Below are positions 48,846 to 55,821 of a stretch of DNA of 64,000 bases, piece after piece. How positions within the stretch are numbered: the first letter of the stretch is position 1; each line of letters opens with the position of its first letter. Source of the stretch: a virus; the IMG/VR virus record IMGVR_UViG_3300045988_151578. One strand, 5' to 3'. The notes under the pieces are model-generated. The model ran no database searches. It had not been told where the DNA came from and saw only the letters and a list, made by a program, of their open reading frames with translations. The position numbers were made by a program, and so were the translations under genes.

Positions 48846-49149
48846 ATTTCTCTCGATATACTAGATAATTTAGGTAATCATCATTATTATAAGCTTCAAG
48901 TTCAAAACATATATTTCTATAAGCTTTGTGGAAATTCCAATATACTAGTAATAGGTAAAATAGGTGTAATACATATAAAAGGATAAATCCTATATACCAG
49001 GTTTCCTTCCATTGCATAGAGTGAATCTTTTCATGATTCATTTCTTTCTCAGTAAGAGTAACACCTTTTCTTACAAACAACCATATACCAAATAGGTTTA
49101 AAGCTTTAAACCCTTTAAAGGGTATTATTGAACTATATACAATCTTCAT
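48823..49149 (-). CDS. Small membrane protein with HExxH motif (putative zinc metallopeptidase-like)
   Basis: HEKIH is followed by two TM helices (WYIGFILLYVLHLFYLLLVYW) and FELEAY. It overlaps the MTase start by 23 nt. Confidence 0.5.
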   Translation of the reverse strand: MKIVYSSIIPFKGFKALNLFGIWLFVRKGVTLTEKEMNHEKIHSMQWKETWYIGFILLYVLHLFYLLLVYWNFHKAYRNICFELEAYNNDDYLNYLVYREKYAWKDYL

Positions 49150-49151
49150 AA

Positions 49152-49619
49152 TTACTCAATAGTTATGGTTATTTTATCATAATTTACTAACTCATCCTGA
49201 TACAGTTTCTTGAGAGTATCCTTGGAATTGATTACTTGTCCTACTACTTTGTTTTCTCCAACTAATATACACCCTTCAGTATCTTTTGGAGTATTACCTG
49301 AATGTATAAGTATACCATCAAATCCTGGGACATTAAGTAACCTTGGCACTCTACCTCCATTAATATTGGTTTTATACCAAGATACCTTAGAATATTTAGG
49401 AGATACAATTGACAAAGTTACATTATAAGTACCTTTTGGGATAGCCGTTTCTCCTTTTTTCTTAGTACTCTTTATATCCTCCAAAGGCATATCACTGGTT
49501 AAACCACGATCTTTATCCTCAAGAGTATCACAAAAGTACTTACCCTTAAGATACAGGTGACCTATAGTATACTTATCTTTACAGGCCACTCTCTTTAACG
49601 TCATCTTTAACTCTTTCAT
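49152..49619 (-). CDS. YkuD/L,D-transpeptidase-like (DUF5675-like) protein, possible cell-wall enzyme
   Basis: GILIHSGNTPKDTEGCILVG resembles the His ... Gly-Cys catalytic motif of YkuD-fold enzymes. The track start 49682 is TTG; ATG codons lie at 49619 and 49604. Confidence 0.4.
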   Translation of the reverse strand: MKELKMTLKRVACKDKYTIGHLYLKGKYFCDTLEDKDRGLTSDMPLEDIKSTKKKGETAIPKGTYNVTLSIVSPKYSKVSWYKTNINGGRVPRLLNVPGFDGILIHSGNTPKDTEGCILVGENKVVGQVINSKDTLKKLYQDELVNYDKITITIE

Positions 49620-49684
49620 ACCTATAAATTTTATATTATAACATAATACGAACGTATAGTCTTGCCTTGAACTTAGCTCCAAAC

Positions 49685-49765
49685 CTGAGCTATTTTTATA
49701 AAAATGTCTGTATTTATTTGCATAATAAAAATAAATGTATTAATTTTGCACATATAAATAATTAA
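49685..49765 (+). repeat. Promoter cassette copy, inverted repeat partner of 59991..60072
   Basis: The reverse complement differs from 59991..60072 by one T indel and one G/T mismatch over about 82 nt (aligned by hand). Confidence 0.85.
49717..49748 (+). promoter_or_regulatory. Early promoter, Bacteroidota sigma-A type
   Basis: TTTG (49717-49720), 20 nt, then TAATTTTG (49741-49748). The ATG at 49777 follows. Confidence 0.7.
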
Positions 49766-49776
49766 ATCAAAAATTT

Positions 49777-50172
49777 ATGAAAAAAGAATTTATTTTAAAA
49801 GTTGGTTCAGAGGTATTATACTATGATACCTGGTTTAATATCACAAAACACAAGGTTATTGATATAACCAATGACATTGCAAAACTTGATAATCAAGTAA
49901 AATGCCATACTAAACTTAATAAATCGGAAGTTTATCCAAGATTTGATCACAAATCAGGTATAGTTATGCCAATAACTGAAAAAAATGAGTTACTTTATAA
50001 TCTTAATCAGGATTTACAGGATAAACTCATCAAAACTTTTCAACTTTCAGACAAATTAAGAGCTATAAAACACCGATTATTAGATAATCCAGATGATGAA
50101 ACTCTTAAAATGACTAGTAAATTGGTAAAATGCTTAGATAAAACCTTAAAAATAATCGAAAATATACAATAA
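49777..50172 (+). CDS. Hypothetical protein
   Basis: First ORF after the plus-strand early promoter. No motif. Confidence 0.55.
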   Translation: MKKEFILKVGSEVLYYDTWFNITKHKVIDITNDIAKLDNQVKCHTKLNKSEVYPRFDHKSGIVMPITEKNELLYNLNQDLQDKLIKTFQLSDKLRAIKHRLLDNPDDETLKMTSKLVKCLDKTLKIIENIQ

Positions 50173-50173
50173 T

Positions 50174-50362
50174 ATGAGCTCAACTTGGGATATACTTGGT
50201 ATTATTTACTTAATTTGCCTAATACCGGCAATTTTGATCACAATAGTTATAAAAAATAGGATCAACATAAAGAGTACCTTATTCATATTTGGTACAGTTT
50301 GGTTAATATTACCCATGTTTCCTATATGGTATTTGATTAAAAAGTTTCAAAATAACGAATAA
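50174..50362 (+). CDS. Small two-TM membrane protein (holin candidate)
   Basis: 62 aa with two hydrophobic helices (ILGIIYLICLIPAILITIVI and LFIFGTVWLILPMFPIWYLI) and a charged C-terminus. Confidence 0.5.
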   Translation: MSSTWDILGIIYLICLIPAILITIVIKNRINIKSTLFIFGTVWLILPMFPIWYLIKKFQNNE

Positions 50363-50364
50363 TT

Positions 50365-50601
50365 ATGGATATATTTGGTCACTTTAATACTGATGGAGAA
50401 TTAAAAGGGTTCTCGGCTAACATTGCACCTATATTGGGTGCATTGTTAGTAGTAGTTTTAACCTTGGTAGGTTTATTCGTTGTAGTAGTATTTCCATTTG
50501 TGGGATGGTTATCTCCCTGGGTTTTTAAGAAAACTTACTTAAAAGTAATGTTTACTATAGCTTGGTTAATGAGTTTAATATCATTTTTCACTTATTTTTA
50601 A
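50365..50601 (+). CDS. Small membrane protein (holin/antiholin candidate)
   Basis: 78 aa with hydrophobic helices IAPILGALLVVVLTLVGLFVVVVFPFVGWL and VMFTIAWLMSLISFFTYF. Confidence 0.5.
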   Translation: MDIFGHFNTDGELKGFSANIAPILGALLVVVLTLVGLFVVVVFPFVGWLSPWVFKKTYLKVMFTIAWLMSLISFFTYF

Positions 50602-50678
50602 TTATGGAAGATCAAGAGTTAGAAGAAGTAGTATATTTGCCTGATTGGGCAGTTATAGAGTAATAGGAGGATTTTGTT

Positions 50679-51152
50679 ATGCAAGTATTTATACCTTATG
50701 CACAACCAATAGATGTTGCACAAACTCTATGGAATGATCAAAAACGTTATAATAAACAGATCATAGAATGTATTCAGATACTAAGAGCTATGGATGGACA
50801 TACAGCTTGGTCTAATCATCCTGTAGTTAAGATGTATAAAAATAACCGTGACTGGTTAGTATGTTATGCTAAATGTCTTAGTAGTTATCGTCTATTTAAG
50901 GAAACTGGAGATAAGAAGTATATAGGTGAAGCTAATGCTTGGAATATTAATGCTGATAGTTGTAGACCTGACTTTATAAAGAATAGCTTTATAAATAAGG
51001 ACGAGATACTTATTCAGCATAGAAAGAGACTTTATACAAAAGCTCCAGAATTATATCCTCAGTTTATTAAGTATGGTACTAGTGATATAAATTATTACTT
51101 CGTAGATGGTAAAATATTAAAATACAGAAATGGTAAACTCATAGAAGATTGA
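50679..51152 (+). CDS. Pyr_excise-like protein (pyrimidine-dimer DNA glycosylase family resemblance)
   Basis: L-x-NDQKRYNKQIIECIQIL ... AWSNHPVVKMY resembles the LD-x-KRL-x-KQR-x-E-x-x-QIL ... NHP signature as I remember it. It is preceded by a perfect AGGAGG 8 nt upstream of the ATG. Confidence 0.4.
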   Translation: MQVFIPYAQPIDVAQTLWNDQKRYNKQIIECIQILRAMDGHTAWSNHPVVKMYKNNRDWLVCYAKCLSSYRLFKETGDKKYIGEANAWNINADSCRPDFIKNSFINKDEILIQHRKRLYTKAPELYPQFIKYGTSDINYYFVDGKILKYRNGKLIED

Positions 51153-51214
51153 ATCACTAACGAACATAGTAGATAGTGTTCATATATAAATTAAACTTTA
51201 AAATTATAAATATT

Positions 51215-51397
51215 ATGGATAAAGAACAGATCACATTAAACCAATTCAAAGCCTTTAAAAGATTAAGGGGTAGAGGCATTATAAACATGAATGACATAGT
51301 TACTGGAGCTAGATTATGTATGATTACAGAAGAAGCATATGAAACTATTATGTGGAACTACGGATATTTAGAGGAGAAATTTAAAAATAAAATGTAG
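51215..51397 (+). CDS. Small hypothetical protein
   Basis: The track ORF starts at a GTG (51176). The first ATG at 51215 gives a 60-aa product, MDKEQITLNQFKAFKRL... Confidence 0.45.
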   Translation: MDKEQITLNQFKAFKRLRGRGIINMNDIVTGARLCMITEEAYETIMWNYGYLEEKFKNKM

Positions 51398-51399
51398 TT

Positions 51400-51678
51400 A
51401 TGGCAAAGAAAATTATTAAAGAGGGCATTGTTCCAAAATATATGGGAAAATGCCCATTATGTGGTACCGAATTTACTTTTGAACATCAAGATATAAAAAG
51501 TAAAACAGAAATGAGGATAGCTGAGAATCCTAATATAAATATCATATCCTCATGTGATCCATTCGTAAAAATAGATTTTGTTACTTGTCCAAAATGTTAT
51601 ACTCCTATAAAGATGGATAATCCCGGGATAAAAAGGGTATACGATCAAATAGAGGGTGAAACAAAAGAAAACATATAA
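51400..51678 (+). CDS. Small zinc-ribbon protein
   Basis: CPLCGTEF ... CPKCYTP. Confidence 0.5.
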   Translation: MAKKIIKEGIVPKYMGKCPLCGTEFTFEHQDIKSKTEMRIAENPNINIISSCDPFVKIDFVTCPKCYTPIKMDNPGIKRVYDQIEGETKENI

Positions 51679-51697
51679 AATTATAAATGTTAACGGT

Positions 51698-52162
51698 ATG
51701 ATAAAATCAATGTTATTAGTAGTAATCCTGGTATTTATACTGGGATTACTAGTTTATATAAGTCCAACTATATGGGTTTATTTGCGTATGACATATCTAA
51801 GAATAAAATTATATCTTACTCGCAATAGATATTTATGTCTTAGATTATTTTTCACTAGAGATTACCTAATTTATTTAAAAGTGTTACATAATATGCACAT
51901 TCTTAAATTTATAGGTAAAGCTCCTATTAAAATACGTACTAATAATGGAGAAACCCTTTTTATGGTTAAAGTATATACAGATGAAAAGTATACATTATTG
52001 ATTAATCCTCAAATAGATGGTGAATCCCTATTATTGGATAAACCCGCAAAAATAGATAAGGGTGGTGTAATAACTGTGGATGGTTCTGTTAAGTGTACCA
52101 TAAACAAGGTATCATTTCCAAGAGAAGCTAAGAAGTTGTATGATAAATATATAACAGCATAG
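51698..52162 (+). CDS. Membrane-anchored hypothetical protein
   Basis: The track start 51656 is GTG. The ATG at 51698 gives MIKSMLLVVILVFILGLLVYI (TM helix). Confidence 0.45.
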   Translation: MIKSMLLVVILVFILGLLVYISPTIWVYLRMTYLRIKLYLTRNRYLCLRLFFTRDYLIYLKVLHNMHILKFIGKAPIKIRTNNGETLFMVKVYTDEKYTLLINPQIDGESLLLDKPAKIDKGGVITVDGSVKCTINKVSFPREAKKLYDKYITA

Positions 52163-52164
52163 AT

Positions 52165-52377
52165 ATGAAAAACAAAGTTAGTAAACCAGCTAAGGCATTA
52201 TTTACCATAGGTGCCATAATAGCTATTGTTAGTGCTACAATATTTTTTAAATCTTATAAAGGTTGTACTGAAGAGATACCCTCTTATATGTACCCTTTTA
52301 TTGAGGAATGTACCAGACATGAAATTAAGGGAGAAATAGAGAAGGAAGAGGATTATATATTAGAAGAAGAACCATAA
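52165..52377 (+). CDS. Small single-TM protein with acidic tail
   Basis: KALFTIGAIIAIVSATIFF is a TM helix. The C-terminus is EKEEDYILEEEP. Confidence 0.45.
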   Translation: MKNKVSKPAKALFTIGAIIAIVSATIFFKSYKGCTEEIPSYMYPFIEECTRHEIKGEIEKEEDYILEEEP

Positions 52378-52390
52378 AAATATTAGTGAT

Positions 52391-53041
52391 ATGTTAGGAA
52401 GTCATAATTCATTCAGTTACCTCAAGCCAGTTAAATGGTGGATGAGGTTAATTAATTTTGCAGGGAAATGCCAATCTCTGGATGTTTACGATCAGGTATT
52501 CTTAAATGATGTAAAATTCTTTGATGTAAGGCTTAGATGGGATAATAAGTCCCAGAAGTTTTATTTGGCTCATGGAATAATAAGGTATTCCTGGGATATA
52601 TCCCCTTTAGTGAGTTTTTTGAATTGGTTATATACCGATGAGTTGGATGATTTAATAAATATGGGTGGTAAGAAATTTAAGTGTAGCTATTCTCCTATAT
52701 TTAGGTTTGTTCTAGAGTATAATAATCCAATAAATGATAGAACTATTATTGATAATTTTAAAGCATTACTTGATACTTTAATATTTATGTACGATGGCAT
52801 TAATATCCTGGGAGGATATACTAAATGGGATGAGCAATGTATTTATACGGGGATAGGTGATAAGGATGTTACATTAAATCATGGGTATTCTTCTGTATTG
52901 GGATGGAAGAGATATTTCCTTATACCCTGGGTTTATGCTTGGTATTATAATCATAAGAATGATAGGTATATAAGGTATTTGGTTAATAAGAATAAGGAGG
53001 TTATTCTAGTGGATTTTGTGGATATGGTAAATACTATATAA
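52391..53041 (+). CDS. PLC-like phosphodiesterase (PI-PLC X-domain fold)
   Basis: GSHNS (cf. G-T-H-D-S), CQSLDVYDQVFLNDVKFFDVRLR (cf. T-Q ... Q ... G-x-R-x-F-D-I-R) and YLAHGII (cf. L-H-H-G) occur in the order and spacing of bacterial PI-PLC catalytic motifs. Confidence 0.65.
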   Translation: MLGSHNSFSYLKPVKWWMRLINFAGKCQSLDVYDQVFLNDVKFFDVRLRWDNKSQKFYLAHGIIRYSWDISPLVSFLNWLYTDELDDLINMGGKKFKCSYSPIFRFVLEYNNPINDRTIIDNFKALLDTLIFMYDGINILGGYTKWDEQCIYTGIGDKDVTLNHGYSSVLGWKRYFLIPWVYAWYYNHKNDRYIRYLVNKNKEVILVDFVDMVNTI

Positions 53042-53246
53042 TAATGGAACTCATAGATTTTGTTTTAAGGTGTAAAGTTGTTTTGTTTTGATTCCTTGGG
53101 GTATTGGGATTTATTCCTGGTACCCCTTTATTGTGTGTGTTGTGTTTTGTGTGGTATATATTTTCGAGGAACCCCTTTAATACGTACGGGAAATGGCCAA
53201 GTAGTTTCAGGGGAGCACGGTTGCAGTGATATTAAAAAAGTAAAAA

Positions 53247-53288
53247 TAAAAATAGGGGACAAATATTTTAATTTGTCCCCTATTTTTA
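53247..53288. terminator. Bidirectional terminator between the convergent plus and minus clusters
   Basis: A stem of 14 bp or more, AATAGGGGACAAAT / ATTTGTCCCCTATT, with a 6-nt loop. A-runs and T-runs flank both sides. Confidence 0.8.
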
Positions 53289-53918
53289 TTTTGCGTATAT
53301 AGTTAAATAAATTTCATCTTTACTTACATCATTATAATCATAAAGAATATTTGATATATTATTTAAGAAATTTAAAATTTCTTTAATTTGCATATCAAAC
53401 AAAATATTATTTTGTTTAAAAAAAGTTATTTCTAAAAGTTCTTCATTATCTGGCACAATATCTAAAAATGTTTCATCATCAGTTAAGTCTGAATTAAATT
53501 CAATGTGTTTGATACTTTTTGTAAGCATTGATTTAACTAAAAGATTTATCAAACCTTTATATTTTGTTAAATAGTTCGGTTTATTTGTATAACTATTTGT
53601 TAAACTTACTGAAAATTGATAATACTCAAAACTATCTTTTGTTAAATAGTCAATAGTGCAAACTTGATATTGTGAGTATTTGAAAAATAAATTCAATATC
53701 TTATTAAAATATTGAATGTTATATTCAACACTATTAGTTATCATATAATTTGCCCAAAACGTTTCAAAAAAATATGTGTCTGTTTTTAAACTTAAATTTA
53801 AGTTTAAACCAAATAGACCAAACAAATTATTCGTAAACAATTCAGTAACTAATTTGCTTAAATTAGTACTATATGTTTCAACATATTTTATCAAAAAATC
53901 TTTGTTTAACTTGTTCAT
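53286..53918 (-). CDS. Hypothetical protein, low-GC cassette gene 3
   Basis: 210 aa, rich in Asn/Phe/Leu/Tyr/Lys. It overlaps the upstream ORF by 4 nt. No motif. Confidence 0.55.
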   Translation of the reverse strand: MNKLNKDFLIKYVETYSTNLSKLVTELFTNNLFGLFGLNLNLSLKTDTYFFETFWANYMITNSVEYNIQYFNKILNLFFKYSQYQVCTIDYLTKDSFEYYQFSVSLTNSYTNKPNYLTKYKGLINLLVKSMLTKSIKHIEFNSDLTDDETFLDIVPDNEELLEITFFKQNNILFDMQIKEILNFLNNISNILYDYNDVSKDEIYLTIYAK

Positions 53919-54169
53919 AACTTTACAATATAAATGTTATTTGAATTTTTTTCATTGCTTATTACTTTTGGTCTGATATTCAAATTATAGATAAATAAAT
54001 TTTGAATATTAACTATATCGTTATTATCGTTTGGTATCTTTATACAAAAAGTTTTGATAAAACTTTTTGTACTAAACCAAAACAATTTTAATGTTATTTT
54101 TTTATGTGTAGGTTTTTTAAAACCTACACACTTACATTTTGCAACAAATTCTAAATTGTAATGTTTCAT
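53915..54169 (-). CDS. Hypothetical basic protein, low-GC cassette gene 2
   Basis: 84 aa. It fits exactly between neighbours (2-nt gap upstream, 4-nt overlap downstream). The alternative-frame ORF 54132..54368 was rejected. Confidence 0.45.
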   Translation of the reverse strand: MKHYNLEFVAKCKCVGFKKPTHKKITLKLFWFSTKSFIKTFCIKIPNDNNDIVNIQNLFIYNLNIRPKVISNEKNSNNIYIVKL

Positions 54170-54171
54170 AA

Positions 54172-54561
54172 CTATTTATTTTTGTTTGTACGTTTTGTGG
54201 TTTGTTGCTTTTGCTCCTGATTGTTTGATTTTTGCAAATAATCTTTGCAAATTTGCAAACAATTTGCATACGTATCACGTTTTTCATTTCGTGTGTTTTC
54301 ACTGCAAACACTTGAAACTGAATAATCATTAATTGCATAAACTTGCTGATAAAAATCAATAAATTCATTTATGCTTTTTTCAGTTTTTGACAAAACTACC
54401 TCACTTGCAAAAGCAAATGCAATTTTGCGTAATTTTCTACGTGCTTTTTTTAAATCGTTTTCGTTTAGACCTGTAAAAAGCTCTTTTTTGTAGATTTCAC
54501 GTGCAGAATTAATTTCTACATTTACATTTAACTTACTGAAAATTTCATTTAATGTTGCCAT
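54172..54561 (-). CDS. Hypothetical helical protein with basic tail, low-GC cassette gene 1
   Basis: 129 aa, first gene after promoter 54610..54641. The C-terminus is QKQQTTKRTNKNK. Confidence 0.55.
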   Translation of the reverse strand: MATLNEIFSKLNVNVEINSAREIYKKELFTGLNENDLKKARRKLRKIAFAFASEVVLSKTEKSINEFIDFYQQVYAINDYSVSSVCSENTRNEKRDTYANCLQICKDYLQKSNNQEQKQQTTKRTNKNK

Positions 54562-54609
54562 AATCTTAAAGTTTTAATTAGTTAGACGTTTTATTTAAAT
54601 TTTCTGTTG

Positions 54610-54641
54610 CAAAGATAAAGAGTTTTTTCTAAACTTACAAA
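54610..54641 (-). promoter_or_regulatory. Early promoter, Bacteroidota sigma-A type (diverged copy)
   Basis: The minus strand reads TTTG (54641-54638), 20 nt, then TATCTTTG (54617-54610). The 23-nt leader TTTGCAACAGAAAATTTAAATAA is shared with the 56.86 kb copy. Confidence 0.6.
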
Positions 54642-54697
54642 CATTTTTCAAGAAAAATTTTTATTTTATTTGTATTTTTGATTTAAATCAAAAAATT

Positions 54698-54706
54698 GTG
54701 CCGGAT
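54698..54706 (+). repeat. GTGCCGGAT direct repeat, copy 1
   Basis: AAAAATTGTGCCGGATATTT compared with AAAAATCGTGCCGGATTTTT 211 bp downstream, inside a very AT-rich stretch. Confidence 0.6.
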
Positions 54707-54908
54707 ATTTATTTTTAACAAAAAATATTTTGATATTTGAAAAATTATTTTATTCACGTACATTATATATTAAATTAATAGTCCTTAAATGTTCATATCG
54801 TGTTTTTAAATGTTAACAGCCCAAACGGACTACATTTTTTAAATTTAACAAAAACTCTAAAAATTTTTAATTTTAATATTTTTGTGAAAATTTTTAAAAA
54901 TAAAAATC

Positions 54909-54917
54909 GTGCCGGAT
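54909..54917 (+). repeat. GTGCCGGAT direct repeat, copy 2
   Basis: See copy 1. Confidence 0.6.
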
Positions 54918-55004
54918 TTTTTAATATTTTCGTTTGTGTGTTTAAAATTTTCACATATAATTTAAATTTGTGGCTATAGGGATCACTGAGCCCTAATAAC
55001 TATT

Positions 55005-55038
55005 GGGGCCTTGTCTCTATAGGGGCTTTATCTCTATA
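55005..55038 (+). repeat. Tandem 17-bp iteron-like repeat x2
   Basis: GGGGCCTTGTCTCTATA (55005-55021) and GGGGCTTTATCTCTATA (55022-55038) read directly. Confidence 0.8.
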
Positions 55039-55116
55039 GTGATAATATTAAAGCTTATATGTATATATGATCTAAGGCCATATCTCATATCCTAATATAT
55101 CCTGATAAGAGCTATA

Positions 55117-55141
55117 GGGGCTTCAATACTTTATCTCTATA
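55117..55141 (+). repeat. Third iteron-like copy with an 8-nt insertion
   Basis: GGGGCTTcaatacTTTATCTCTATA. Confidence 0.65.
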
Positions 55142-55158
55142 AGGTTAAGGCTTAAGGT

Positions 55159-55191
55159 ATGTAACAAAGTTAGCGAATGTAACAAAGTTAG
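55159..55191 (+). repeat. Perfect 15-bp direct repeat with 18-bp period
   Basis: ATGTAACAAAGTTAG-CGA-ATGTAACAAAGTTAG. Confidence 0.8.
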
Positions 55192-55197
55192 GCTCAC

Positions 55198-55232
55198 AAA
55201 AAAAGATCCCGAGTATCACTACTGAGGATCTT
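55198..55232 (-). terminator. Rho-independent terminator (minus strand)
   Basis: Stem AAGATCC..GAGTA-TCAC-TACT..GGATCTT (7 + 4 bp with a 2-nt internal mismatch). The preceding A7 on the plus strand gives a U-run after the hairpin on the minus strand. Confidence 0.6.
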
Positions 55233-55403
55233 CGACAATTATGAATTTTAAAAGAATTTTGAAAATTTAATGAAAATAGGTTTAGAGATATATCCCATAG
55301 GTCCAACCCTGGCGTTTGTATAACTAATTAAAAACTTTGTTGTGAATGTGATAAATTTCCTTGTTATCGATTTATATTATATAGTTTATCTTAGAGAGTA
55401 TGA

Positions 55404-55424
55404 GGAAAGCTTATTAGGCTTTCC
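55404..55424 (-). terminator. Short hairpin immediately after the stop of 55435..55809
   Basis: GGAAAGC-TTATTAG-GCTTTCC. No U-tract. Confidence 0.3.
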
Positions 55425-55434
55425 CCAATTTTGA

Positions 55435-55809
55435 TTATAGGGCTTCTCTATTGAATAATTCAACTAGAGTTAGTTTGCAAGTTTCTCTTTTAATGAATTC
55501 CTGTTCCCGAGTTATTAAGGATGGCTGATCTATGATTTCCTCTAAGAATATTTCCCAGGCTTCTTCTATGTAATTTTTATTTGGGTTTTGGTTATATTCT
55601 AGAGAGACCGTTAGTTGTAAGAATTGATAACCTTTCCATTCAGATTCTTTGGCATCTTCTATGATAACCTTGAATAATTTACTGAATGGGTGAGAAGAGA
55701 ATAGATGATCTCTTTCGAATTTGGTTTTTATTTGGTTTATCAGATGCTGGGTTTCCTGGGTTAGAGAATTAAAATCCTCATTCGATATGTTATTTGTGAA
55801 AGTATCCAT
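55435..55809 (-). CDS. Hypothetical acidic early protein
   Basis: ORF in track. No motif. Confidence 0.55.
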   Translation of the reverse strand: MDTFTNNISNEDFNSLTQETQHLINQIKTKFERDHLFSSHPFSKLFKVIIEDAKESEWKGYQFLQLTVSLEYNQNPNKNYIEEAWEIFLEEIIDQPSLITREQEFIKRETCKLTLVELFNREAL

Positions 55810-55821
55810 AGTGATGTGAAT

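Noticed and set aside
49210-49428. Plus-strand 72-aa ORF
   Set aside because: It is antisense to the YkuD-like CDS.
50604-50663. 19-codon micro-ORF (MEDQELEEVVYLPDWAVIE) between 50365..50601 and 50679..51152
   Set aside because: It is too short to support without expression data. I note it only because it fills the gap and ends just before the SD-like AGGAGG.
53078-53302. 74-aa plus-strand ORF in the GT-rich spacer
   Set aside because: It starts at TTG and has a Cys/Val/Leu-rich translation of a GT repeat. It reads straight through the bidirectional terminator stem, so I treat the region as non-coding.
53776-54368. ORFs 53776..53976(+) and 54132..54368(-)
   Set aside because: The first is antisense. 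The second is an alternative frame overlapping two ORFs that fit together with coupled start and stop codons.
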